Below are positions 18,262 to 26,955 of a stretch of 64,000 bases of DNA, in pieces. Source of the stretch: Pseudomonas phage sp. 30-2; the sequence record LC727697.1; one strand, 5' to 3'. Below the pieces are notes generated by a model, which saw nothing but the letters and a program-made list of their open reading frames with translations, had not been told where the DNA came from and did no database searches. Position 1 is the stretch's first letter, and the number at the start of each line of letters is the position of its first letter. The position numbers and the translations under genes are program-made.

Positions 18262-18627
18262 TTAAATCACATTTGCGATGTAATGGTATTTTAATACTTG
18301 TCTAAGACGATCTGGTATCTCTACAAAGCGAACATAGTTTTTACCATCTTTAGTAATTTCTCCCGATATCATTTTCAATATGGCATCTTCTTTAGTAATT
18401 ATTTCGATTAATTTTTCGTCTAATTTATATTTTGAACCAGAAATTCTTGTTGCCATCTTTAAATCGAAATTATTTAACTTGCTTAGATAACAAATTAAGC
18501 CGGGAGCAAGTACTACTACAGTGTATACCTCTACATCTTTTTTAAAGAAGTTTAGTAGTGTGCAGAACATAAATGTTCCTTTACTTTTTGCCAATTGATT
18601 TAACAATTTCATCAGGTGGATTTTCAC
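18262..18627 (-). CDS. hypothetical protein
   Basis: 121-aa ORF. Confidence 0.45.
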   Translation of the reverse strand: MKIHLMKLLNQLAKSKGTFMFCTLLNFFKKDVEVYTVVVLAPGLICYLSKLNNFDLKMATRISGSKYKLDEKLIEIITKEDAILKMISGEITKDGKNYVRFVEIPDRLRQVLKYHYIANVI

Positions 18628-18955
18628 CTAAATATACATATCCGCCCTTGTTGTAAGCTACTGCAACAAATTGTTTTTTACGTTCTTTTTCTTTTAATGC
18701 AATTTCTTCTCTTATTGCAAATTCGTCTTCATATTTGACTGGAATTGCGTTGTTTATAGGTTTATTTGTTTCTATGCTTTTGTATTCTGATAGTGTAGTA
18801 GCCCATGCAGGTATACTAGGACTTAGTTCTATATTAGGTTTTTTATAAGTATTAGATTTACCGTACTTATTAGGATTGCCACCTAATTTCATATTAGTTA
18901 TATATTGTTGATGTTTTTTGTTTTCGGCTCTAGTGATAGATTTAGATTTTTTCAT
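18581..18955 (-). CDS. hypothetical protein
   Basis: 124-aa ORF. Confidence 0.45.
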   Translation of the reverse strand: MKKSKSITRAENKKHQQYITNMKLGGNPNKYGKSNTYKKPNIELSPSIPAWATTLSEYKSIETNKPINNAIPVKYEDEFAIREEIALKEKERKKQFVAVAYNKGGYVYLGENPPDEIVKSIGKK

Positions 18956-19009
18956 GACAATTTTACAGCACTTTATATACTGTAATTTTATAAAAGTATT
19001 TAAAATATG

Positions 19010-19381
19010 TCAAACACTATGTTCGAACGATTCTAACCAGAGCTTTATATCGCCTATTAAATTTAAATATAAAGAATCGTCGTATGAAAACAATATTAAT
19101 CTTTTATCACTAAAATAATAAGGAAATTTTAGATGCCTACCTAATAGCAATCTTTGTCTGAAAGTTATTTTAAAATCTATATGGTAGGTATAAGAAGTGA
19201 ATAGTTTTGAAAATAGTTTTAGACCATCATACGACAGTCTAAAACTAGAAGGGTGTGCAAATATAAAACGATTAAGTTCTATATCTGTTAACTCAGTTAA
19301 AGATTCGTTATTTTCTCTTAAATAAGAGAAAATTGAATCTCTAAGCTTAGTATTCTTCACCGGTGTATTTTTCTCCTGCAA
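19010..19381 (-). CDS. hypothetical protein
   Basis: 123-aa ORF. Confidence 0.45.
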   Translation of the reverse strand: MQEKNTPVKNTKLRDSIFSYLRENNESLTELTDIELNRFIFAHPSSFRLSYDGLKLFSKLFTSYTYHIDFKITFRQRLLLGRHLKFPYYFSDKRLILFSYDDSLYLNLIGDIKLWLESFEHSV

Positions 19382-19640
19382 TTAATTTATGAACAGTAAA
19401 GTCAGTGCATTTAAACATTTCATTTAAACGTTCAGCCAAATTAAGTGCATGGCCCGGGTTAACAAATGTAGATTTCTTATATTTAGGAGCATAATCTATC
19501 AATGCACTCTGTGACCGTATATTGATAGGCTCGCCTTTATAAAATACAGCAAACACAGCTTCAGCTTCAAGTATTTGCTCAGATTTATATGTTTTTGGAT
19601 CTACATGTTCAACAAGGATAGTAGGTTTTGGACGTGCCAT
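19347..19640 (-). CDS. hypothetical protein
   Basis: 97-aa ORF. Confidence 0.45.
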   Translation of the reverse strand: MARPKPTILVEHVDPKTYKSEQILEAEAVFAVFYKGEPINIRSQSALIDYAPKYKKSTFVNPGHALNLAERLNEMFKCTDFTVHKLIAGEKYTGEEY

Positions 19641-19699
19641 ATATATCTCCAGTAATAGCCATCGTATTATTTATCTGATTTTATAATTTACTGGGTATA

Positions 19700-19731
19700 T
19701 AAAAACCCTGTATAGTCTATACAGGGTTTTT
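19700..19731. terminator. palindromic rho-independent terminator
   Basis: AAAAACCCTGTATAGTCTATACAGGGTTTTT with a 10-bp perfect stem. Confidence 0.65.
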
Positions 19732-19917
19732 ATATTTAATATACATTGCGTATATACACGATATTAGATAACCTATAGGCCATAATATCCATAATATAGT
19801 CGATAGTATAAATACACATAACCAATTTTCTTTTAATACAAGATTTCTTATAGCTAAATGATGCAGTATACCTACTAAAATAGATTGGATTATTATGTAC
19901 AATACTACTAACGTCAT
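19717..19917 (-). CDS. small two-TM membrane protein (holin-like size)
   Basis: 66 aa, very hydrophobic; the 3' end overlaps the terminator. Confidence 0.35.
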   Translation of the reverse strand: MTLVVLYIIIQSILVGILHHLAIRNLVLKENWLCVFILSTILWILWPIGYLISCIYAMYIKYKNPV

Positions 19918-19919
19918 TA

Positions 19920-20492
19920 TTAGCTATTGATCCATTCTTCTTCCGACATCCAAATTGGTTTAAAATTTTTATATATATCGTGTTGCGAACCCAACTGTGC
20001 CCATTTAGTATTATCTTCTTTCATATCAGTAGCTCCAAGCATATACTTATTCTTTGCAGTAGATACATAATCATGAGTTATATAGTTAGTATTAAATACC
20101 AAAAAATTAGGATGATTTATTAATGTTGCTTCTACCCAAGCACCATATGCTTCTGTGCCTAATACGTTATCATATTGTTCCTTGCATGAAATTATATTGT
20201 TATCTAAAACCCAACAATATCTAACTTCATTGTCTTTTGTAATTTCAAAAAATGCAGGTCCGTTATCCCTGTGTATCTTTCCATGATTATACCAAACTTC
20301 GCATACATTGGGAATTATAAGAGCAGGACCGTTTGTTCTGTGACTTTGACCCCAACCATCCATAAACAAATAGATATCTTTAAACATTTCGTGTTTAAAC
20401 ACATAACAGTCTACGTCTTCTTCTATTTGTTTAAACAAATCGGGATCATAACTTCTTCTGTTCATAATTAAATTTCCTGATAAGAACTGCAA
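19920..20492 (-). CDS. MORN-variant repeat protein
   Basis: WYNHGKIHRDNGPA repeat units of the YxNGKLHRxDGPA type. Confidence 0.55.
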   Translation of the reverse strand: MQFLSGNLIMNRRSYDPDLFKQIEEDVDCYVFKHEMFKDIYLFMDGWGQSHRTNGPALIIPNVCEVWYNHGKIHRDNGPAFFEITKDNEVRYCWVLDNNIISCKEQYDNVLGTEAYGAWVEATLINHPNFLVFNTNYITHDYVSTAKNKYMLGATDMKEDNTKWAQLGSQHDIYKNFKPIWMSEEEWINS

Positions 20493-20758
20493 CGTTCTAA
20501 TTTTAATACAACTAGATTATTTGTTTCGGAATCTGTTGTACAAACTGCCCTATACCAAACTAATTCCATACATTCACCATGCACTAAGTTAGTATATTTG
20601 TTTATAAATGTTCTATTTGCTTCTGAGTTAGGAACTATGTGCTCGGATAACTTAATATTAAAGAATATTGTGGGAATATCGGCACCTAAATCATATACTA
20701 CGTTTTTATACATAGATTCTAATTCTTGTTTTGCTAATAGTTCATAGTTATCGAGCAT
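20468..20758 (-). CDS. hypothetical protein
   Basis: 96-aa ORF. Confidence 0.45.
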   Translation of the reverse strand: MLDNYELLAKQELESMYKNVVYDLGADIPTIFFNIKLSEHIVPNSEANRTFINKYTNLVHGECMELVWYRAVCTTDSETNNLVVLKLERCSSYQEI

Positions 20759-20769
20759 TTTTATTTTCC

Positions 20770-21228
20770 TTATTTTTTATTAATACTGGTTGTTGCTCTT
20801 GCTTCGAGTTCAGTTTTGAAAGGTCCACTAAACTCGTATTTTTCTAATGTAGAAAGTTTAGGACAAAAACTGTTTATATATGATCCAGGAAATTTAATAC
20901 TATAATATCCGGCACAGTGTATTGATTTTCCTCCCTCTGTTTTAGTGTAACAAGGAAGATTATTTACTGATTGTGCCTTAACAGGGTTAGCAGTAGATAC
21001 TGGCCATCCATCTAATTCGAACACTTCTTCTGTTTTACTAATATATACTATATTACTGAATATATCTTCACCGAAGAATGTATTTGCATCATCTTGCGTA
21101 TCGAATAACATAGATCCGCCAGGAGTCATTAGATTGAGCTTTTCTTTAGTTCTAGTAAGTATACCTACTTTATCGCCCTGGTTGTCTAACACAATCCACG
21201 AAGTTTCAGTTAATGATTTTAATTTCAT
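20770..21228 (-). CDS. hypothetical protein
   Basis: 152-aa ORF immediately downstream of rnh. Confidence 0.5.
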   Translation of the reverse strand: MKLKSLTETSWIVLDNQGDKVGILTRTKEKLNLMTPGGSMLFDTQDDANTFFGEDIFSNIVYISKTEEVFELDGWPVSTANPVKAQSVNNLPCYTKTEGGKSIHCAGYYSIKFPGSYINSFCPKLSTLEKYEFSGPFKTELEARATTSINKK

Positions 21229-21230
21229 AA

Positions 21231-22217
21231 TTATGGTTTAGCATTAAGAAGTTTTGCAAATTCGTCTGGATATTTAGAGATTTGCTCTAGTGCCCATCTA
21301 TTACAGAATTTTAAAAAATGGATGCCTACGTTAGATACGGGCGGTTTATTACGAGCCACATCTGCGACTGTTTTAAATTCTGTTTTTAGATCATCTGGCT
21401 GACAAGTTAAGTCAATTAGTGTTTTGTTAAATTCGTACTTATCGTGAACAACAAATTCATTACCAGCAGAATCTGTAATTTTTGTCAACATAAAATTATT
21501 CCATGCGTAACCTTTATTATCCATATCGGCAAATACTTCACGCATGCCTACTTTATTTTTAGAACTAGTTTCTCTTGCACCTGGGTACGCTGCAAAAATA
21601 AAATCAGATTTATCTCCCCTAATGCATTTTTCAAATAATAACCATTTAGGATCAGGAGCTACTTTTGGTTTCTTTGTTTTATTATCAATTACAGGTTTGC
21701 CTTTATTATCAAAGAAACCTTCTAATGTGATTAGTTGTTCTGTAATTCCATTATATATTTTAACGTTAGGTGCTAATAGCTGGAAAAAATCGCTGTCTGA
21801 ACTAACAATGATATGATTATCATTTGGATTATTTTGAATCCAAGTAGCTATCATATCATCTGCTTCTGCTTTATGGTGATGTAGTACGCTAGAATTTGTT
21901 TTATCATTAATGAATGTGATTAAATCGTTATATGCTTCCATTAAAGCAGCATCTTCTTCGATTTCAGCTTCTGTTCTTGCCATTCTAGCTGCTGTTCGGT
22001 TGAACTTATATTCTTTATAAAAGTCCTTCCGCCAAGATTTGCCTTCTATGCAAAACACAGCATGATCTGCAGAATGGTCTCTGTATACTTTGCGTATACT
22101 GTTAAACATTACATGAAGACACATGCCTACTTTTTCATCTAACGAGGAGGACCTGATTACATGTTTTGCTCTATGAAACATGTTAAATGTATCGATTAAA
22201 ATATAAGTTTTAGACAT
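21231..22217 (-). CDS. rnh: RNase H / 5'-3' flap exonuclease (T4 rnh-like)
   Basis: N-terminal ILIDTFNMFHRAKH resembles T4 RNase H LLIDGSNL.YRA; the 328-aa size fits. Confidence 0.8.
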   Translation of the reverse strand: MSKTYILIDTFNMFHRAKHVIRSSSLDEKVGMCLHVMFNSIRKVYRDHSADHAVFCIEGKSWRKDFYKEYKFNRTAARMARTEAEIEEDAALMEAYNDLITFINDKTNSSVLHHHKAEADDMIATWIQNNPNDNHIIVSSDSDFFQLLAPNVKIYNGITEQLITLEGFFDNKGKPVIDNKTKKPKVAPDPKWLLFEKCIRGDKSDFIFAAYPGARETSSKNKVGMREVFADMDNKGYAWNNFMLTKITDSAGNEFVVHDKYEFNKTLIDLTCQPDDLKTEFKTVADVARNKPPVSNVGIHFLKFCNRWALEQISKYPDEFAKLLNAKP

Positions 22218-22828
22218 TACTTAACTTCCCTTCTATAGTTTTCTTTGCTATCTATTTTGTCATTATCTTCTGAAAGATCGTCTACAGATCCCATTCCTCC
22301 GAATTCGTCTAATGCGATATTTTTACATAAAGTAGATAACCATAAATTTACTACTTCTTCGTCAGTCCTACCTACATATCCGTATTCGTGCAATTCTTCT
22401 ATAAAATATTCATTCCAGTCTAATTCCATTTCTCCTGTTGAAATATCAGAGGAAGACAAGCCTATCTTTATTATATCTACCCAAGGTAGCTTTCTTAAGG
22501 TAGCAATTCGTTTGCTATGTTCCCTTTCATTTATTTTATGATGCTTTAAATCTATATCAGCTAATTTTAAGTCTAAAGCCAGACCCGGATCGTATTGAGT
22601 TTTAGCTAAAGCAACATCGTATTCGTATTCTGTTATTTTACCATATTTAAAATCAATATGTAACAATTCAATTTCTTTGGCTTTGCTTGTTGTATTCGAT
22701 AGTGCTACTAATTCCCTATCTAATTCTTCTCCTTCGAGATAATACTCTGCTTTTGCAATAGCTTTCTGTTTAGCAGGTAATCCCCAGCTATATGGCCATA
22801 ACCAAAATGGAAATAATCTTTTTTTCAT
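22217..22828 (-). CDS. hypothetical protein
   Basis: 203-aa ORF, coupled to rnh (ATGA overlap). Confidence 0.5.
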   Translation of the reverse strand: MKKRLFPFWLWPYSWGLPAKQKAIAKAEYYLEGEELDRELVALSNTTSKAKEIELLHIDFKYGKITEYEYDVALAKTQYDPGLALDLKLADIDLKHHKINEREHSKRIATLRKLPWVDIIKIGLSSSDISTGEMELDWNEYFIEELHEYGYVGRTDEEVVNLWLSTLCKNIALDEFGGMGSVDDLSEDNDKIDSKENYRREVK

Positions 22829-23244
22829 TTATTAAAAATATCCGTTAATTTATTGAACTGGTGTATGTTATTATGATATAACCAGTCTGCAGATTTGTAA
22901 AATATTTCTAGACAATTATCTTCATAATATTTTACTAAAACATTAAAATTGTTATTTTCTATATTTTTAGAAACTGTTTCTCTTCCGTCAACTAATCCTT
23001 GATCATACAGTGCTGTATCTGCATTATTCGATTTTAGTGCAGTGTATTTGCCGTATGCATGAAGTACCTGACCTATATTATACAATTTTAAAGTTAATAC
23101 TTCGGTATTTGCATATTCAGACAGTTTAGTAACCATCCCGACGCATTTTCCATGAAGATGCGGATTTATATAGGATTTATTTTCTCCGCATACTGCATAC
23201 GACGATATTAAACTAAACACTACAGAAAGGATAATACGGTTCAT
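22825..23244 (-). CDS. secreted/lipoprotein-like hypothetical protein
   Basis: N-terminal signal peptide MNRIILSVVFSLISSYAVCGE. Confidence 0.5.
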   Translation of the reverse strand: MNRIILSVVFSLISSYAVCGENKSYINPHLHGKCVGMVTKLSEYANTEVLTLKLYNIGQVLHAYGKYTALKSNNADTALYDQGLVDGRETVSKNIENNNFNVLVKYYEDNCLEIFYKSADWLYHNNIHQFNKLTDIFNK

Positions 23245-23248
23245 GGTT

Positions 23249-24121
23249 TTACCTACCTAGTTGATCGTCACCCCAGGTTAATACGTGAACACGCAAACTA
23301 ACATTCCATTCGTATTCGAAGATAGCTTTATCTGCAAGTCTTCCAATTACCGGGTCTGTTTGTTGGGAATAAATGCCCCCGACTGGCATAACCCACACAT
23401 CTGGTAAATACCCATCGGCATTTAATGTGTCTACTATACTTTTTGCTTGATCCCACGATCGCTGATCTTCATTTACTACAAATTTTAGATAGCTATCCGG
23501 TGCAATATCTATATATTCCTTCATTAAATTTATATGGATAGCTCGTTTGGGTTGTTCACCTGCTACATGAAGTAGTTTAGGTGACATAGAAAAATAAAAT
23601 TGCACACCGATCGATTTGCATCTGTTAACTAAATCGATTAAGCATTTTTCTAACGGTCTAGTTGTATTTGTTTCTATTCCTATCCATGCAGGATAATCAT
23701 TAGTATCTATCCAATAATTTACTATATCTACTATAGATTCTTGGTTTACTAACGGTTCTCCGCCCGTAAATACATGACCTATTTTTTTACCAAATGTTTT
23801 ACTAGGAATTAATTGTTTTATTTCATTTGCAACTACAACAGGATCGACTTCTGTTGCAAGATGTTTAAATTTAGCAAATACAGAATAGTCTGAATCACAT
23901 CCATATTTAGGAGTCGGTAATTGTTTATAATCTGTAATGTTTGTTACATCTATTAAATCCGGTCGTTGTTCTACCCATGTTTCGGGATTTCCAGGTTCTT
24001 TTTGTCCAAAGCCCCTACATTGCAACGAACATCCGAAAAATCTAAGCCAAGTGCATAGTTTTCCGGTATGTAGGCTTTCTCCCTGGACTGAGAAAAACTT
24101 TTCAGTATATCTGTGTTTCAT
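23249..24121 (-). CDS. queE: QueE-like radical-SAM enzyme (7-carboxy-7-deazaguanine synthase homolog)
   Basis: FSVQGESLHTGKLCTWLRFFGCSLQC aligns to the QueE N-terminus (IQGEG...FVRTAGCDYSCSWC); also FTGGEPL, IETNTT and a C-terminal RVHVLTWGD. The Cys spacing is C-x7-C-x3-C, with Phe where the third canonical Cys would be. Confidence 0.7.
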   Translation of the reverse strand: MKHRYTEKFFSVQGESLHTGKLCTWLRFFGCSLQCRGFGQKEPGNPETWVEQRPDLIDVTNITDYKQLPTPKYGCDSDYSVFAKFKHLATEVDPVVVANEIKQLIPSKTFGKKIGHVFTGGEPLVNQESIVDIVNYWIDTNDYPAWIGIETNTTRPLEKCLIDLVNRCKSIGVQFYFSMSPKLLHVAGEQPKRAIHINLMKEYIDIAPDSYLKFVVNEDQRSWDQAKSIVDTLNADGYLPDVWVMPVGGIYSQQTDPVIGRLADKAIFEYEWNVSLRVHVLTWGDDQLGR

Positions 24122-24191
24122 ACATAATCCGCTTTATTTTATAATATACATTATAAACGCAATCATACTAAAAGTAAAGAATAACTTTATA

Positions 24192-24626
24192 TTAAATAAA
24201 TTGTTTAAATTCAAAACTTACCGAATCATGGTAACTTATTTCATCATGATAAAAATCTACAATTGTATTATTTCTTGTTGCAAATATTGATGCTACTCTA
24301 ATTTTACTAATGTCTTCTTTCGTAAAAAAGAATTCGTCTTCTAACAAAGAAATAACAGAATTTACAGTATTGCCTGTATCGATAACATCATCTACGATAA
24401 TGCATTCAGAACTTATGTCATTATTTGTACTAAAACAATCTTCTACCGGATCGTATGTTACAATGGGGCAATCATAATAATAGCTAATCATAGTGGCAGG
24501 AATTAGTCCACCTTTGCTAATAGCAATAATAACTTTAGGAGAAATTCCTGCTTCGTCTATATCACTAACCAAGTCACTGACAATAACTGGCATTTGATCC
24601 ATTGATACAAAATTTTTATCGTACAT
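24192..24626 (-). CDS. type-I phosphoribosyltransferase, xanthine-guanine PRT-like
   Basis: VIIAISKGGLIP...CIIVDDVIDTGNT matches Gpt IIAVSRGGLVP...FIVIDDLVDTGGT, the PRPP-binding motif. Confidence 0.7.
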   Translation of the reverse strand: MYDKNFVSMDQMPVIVSDLVSDIDEAGISPKVIIAISKGGLIPATMISYYYDCPIVTYDPVEDCFSTNNDISSECIIVDDVIDTGNTVNSVISLLEDEFFFTKEDISKIRVASIFATRNNTIVDFYHDEISYHDSVSFEFKQFI

Positions 24627-24637
24627 ATAATATCTCC

Positions 24638-25156
24638 TTAAAATATATAAAAGTGTTTACTTAATTCTAAATACGGTTGTACTAATTCTATAATGTGTTG
24701 TTCATTATTCTTATCTAACAAATTATATATTTTTGAATTAATTCCTGTCGATTTAGAAAATTCTTCTAAATAGTCTTTATTAGTGTTATTAGAGAGTTTT
24801 AAAAAGGCATCATTATTTTCTGCACTTTTATTTCTAAATACTATTATTTCTTTTATAGAAGTATTTTTTAATACTGATAATAAGTTTATAAATTGAATAC
24901 TATTGTGGTAGAAATGTTGTTGTAATGTATTGCTTTTTTCTACAGCACAATGAATAAGCGTGTCTGCATCAGACTCGAGTATTATATCTTCTGCGATACT
25001 AGATGCATAGCTAGTTTGATAAAAATTAGTTATGTAACTATTTTTTGAATTAATTAAATCAAATCCCACTACATTATATCCTAATGTATAATAGTATTTG
25101 CTTACTGTTTTACCAACATAACCGTTACAACCAGTAATAATGACACGCATTGCCAT
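24638..25156 (-). CDS. short NAD(P)-binding Rossmann-fold protein (truncated epimerase/SDR-like)
   Basis: N-terminal VIITGCNGYVGK (GxxGxxG) motif; only 172 aa. Confidence 0.5.
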   Translation of the reverse strand: MAMRVIITGCNGYVGKTVSKYYYTLGYNVVGFDLINSKNSYITNFYQTSYASSIAEDIILESDADTLIHCAVEKSNTLQQHFYHNSIQFINLLSVLKNTSIKEIIVFRNKSAENNDAFLKLSNNTNKDYLEEFSKSTGINSKIYNLLDKNNEQHIIELVQPYLELSKHFYIF

Positions 25157-25417
25157 TTACTCTTTTTTCTCCGTACCGTTTATGATAGATAATATGACTT
25201 CGTATTCGTCATATGCAGATTTTAATGCAGGATATTTTTCTGAAAGTAATTTATCTACTTCTAACATGCACAACATTTTTTCTATCTGTTCTATCTTTTT
25301 CCTCAATACTGAAAGTTCTGTATCATACATGCCTAGATCCGTTAATCCGGAGTAGCTAGCTGGCATAGAGTTTATCGTTGTAGTAGTATATATTCCCGAC
25401 AGTTGTTTATTATACAT
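25157..25417 (-). CDS. hypothetical small protein
   Basis: 86-aa ORF whose stop abuts the next start. Confidence 0.4.
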   Translation of the reverse strand: MYNKQLSGIYTTTTINSMPASYSGLTDLGMYDTELSVLRKKIEQIEKMLCMLEVDKLLSEKYPALKSAYDEYEVILSIINGTEKKE

Positions 25418-25431
25418 AATAGCATCCTTGC

Positions 25432-25809
25432 TTATTTGAAAAATTCTAAAACAGCTTTATTAATATTGTCTTCTGCCACTGTAATCACAACGTCCCTGTT
25501 AGGATATACAATGTTAATTTGTTCATATAATTCTTCTGCCATTGTTTCACAAGATTTACCATCTAGTTTTAGCAGAGATTCACTATACAGTCTTTCTAAG
25601 AACCGTCTAAATTGAATAAATTCGATATCTCGTTCATTATGAAAAACTTCAATTTTAACAGTAAAATAAAAATAATGAAAATGAGGATATCCTAAAAAAG
25701 ATACATCTTTCCAATCATTTGTAGCTAGTGCAGGGTTACTATCTGCACCCAGGTACATGTGAATTCCTTCTTTCTGAAAAGGAACTTCGATCCATCGTTT
25801 AATTCCCAT
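25432..25809 (-). CDS. hypothetical protein
   Basis: 125-aa ORF; QueD identity was considered but HGH motifs are absent. Confidence 0.45.
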   Translation of the reverse strand: MGIKRWIEVPFQKEGIHMYLGADSNPALATNDWKDVSFLGYPHFHYFYFTVKIEVFHNERDIEFIQFRRFLERLYSESLLKLDGKSCETMAEELYEQINIVYPNRDVVITVAEDNINKAVLEFFK

Positions 25810-25893
25810 AAAAATAATCCTTATTTTTAATTTTGTAATATTATAATGTTTTCGTATTAAAATGTAAATTGTATGCAGAATATTAAATGGAAA

Positions 25894-26955
25894 TTATTTT
25901 AAAATTCTTTTATACAACTCTGTTCCGTTATAATATTTGTTTAATTCGGGCAGTAAATTAAGTTTCATTTCTTCTACTATAAAATTATAATTACGCATAG
26001 TATAATCTATTAGGGTAACTAAATTTTTTAGGTCTGCCAGATTTTCCGAAATAGTCCATTCATTTGGATATACATACAAATTTCTGTTTTTTACATTTTC
26101 TGTCATTTCTTTATAAGACAATCGGTCAGGCAATAATGGAATTGCACCGACTAATGCACCTTCGTAGAAACCTATACCCAATGTTTCCTGCAACGAAGCC
26201 GAAAAGACAATTTTAGAACGTTTAAGAAGTGTATGGTATTCTGCCTTTGATAATTTAGTTTCTTGTGCAAAAACAAACTCGTAGTTAGGAAGTAATGATC
26301 TTAATTTTTTAAATATATTTGGTTGTTTTTCCGGAGAAATTCGATGAGGAAATAATACAGTATCTGTCTTGTTAGTAGAAGGTGTAAGTTGGTCAACTAA
26401 ATATTCCATTGGCCAACCTACTATATCGTGTCTGTTTATGTTAGCTGTTTTACCAAAAAGGTTATCTATCATGAGATCTTTACTAAAATTAGTTGCATAG
26501 AAATTCACATCATATATATTATATAACGATCTTTCAAATTCATATGACCAATTTTTATCAAAGTGCCTTCCTAAAAAATCATGCGGATCATACGAACCGG
26601 CGTGCCACAACCCCATTATTTTAAATTTTTTATTCATTAACGATCGCATGTAATTTAGTTGAACTACTGTGGGATTCCATGCGTCTGTATAGAGAACAAC
26701 ATCGTTATCGTTTAAAGTTTCTATTATACTTGCTAATTTAATGAATTGATTGCATTTGAATATGTTTGTATTTGCAAAGTTAAGGAAGGCACCCGCAGAG
26801 GTGCCTTCGTCAACATAATCTACATCAATTTGAACTATTTCTGCATCGAGACCGGATTCGTTTATATACTTTTCTAGTTGCGGTTTAAGAAACGTATTCC
26901 ATTCTGACGTATACCGAGTTTCTATTGATTCGATTGGGATTATTATAACTTTCAT
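25894..26955 (-). CDS. GT-B fold glycosyltransferase (family-1/GT4-like)
   Basis: FPHRISPEKQ and ETLGIGFYEGALVGAIPL correspond to the E-x7-E / nucleotide-sugar-binding region of GT4 enzymes. Confidence 0.65.
   Translation of the reverse strand: MKVIIIPIESIETRYTSEWNTFLKPQLEKYINESGLDAEIVQIDVDYVDEGTSAGAFLNFANTNIFKCNQFIKLASIIETLNDNDVVLYTDAWNPTVVQLNYMRSLMNKKFKIMGLWHAGSYDPHDFLGRHFDKNWSYEFERSLYNIYDVNFYATNFSKDLMIDNLFGKTANINRHDIVGWPMEYLVDQLTPSTNKTDTVLFPHRISPEKQPNIFKKLRSLLPNYEFVFAQETKLSKAEYHTLLKRSKIVFSASLQETLGIGFYEGALVGAIPLLPDRLSYKEMTENVKNRNLYVYPNEWTISENLADLKNLVTLIDYTMRNYNFIVEEMKLNLLPELNKYYNGTELYKRILK

Noticed and set aside
25432-25809. QueD (6-carboxytetrahydropterin synthase) identity for the 125-aa ORF in the 7-deazaguanine operon
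   Set aside because: The size fits, but the diagnostic C...HGH zinc-binding motifs are absent; left as hypothetical.
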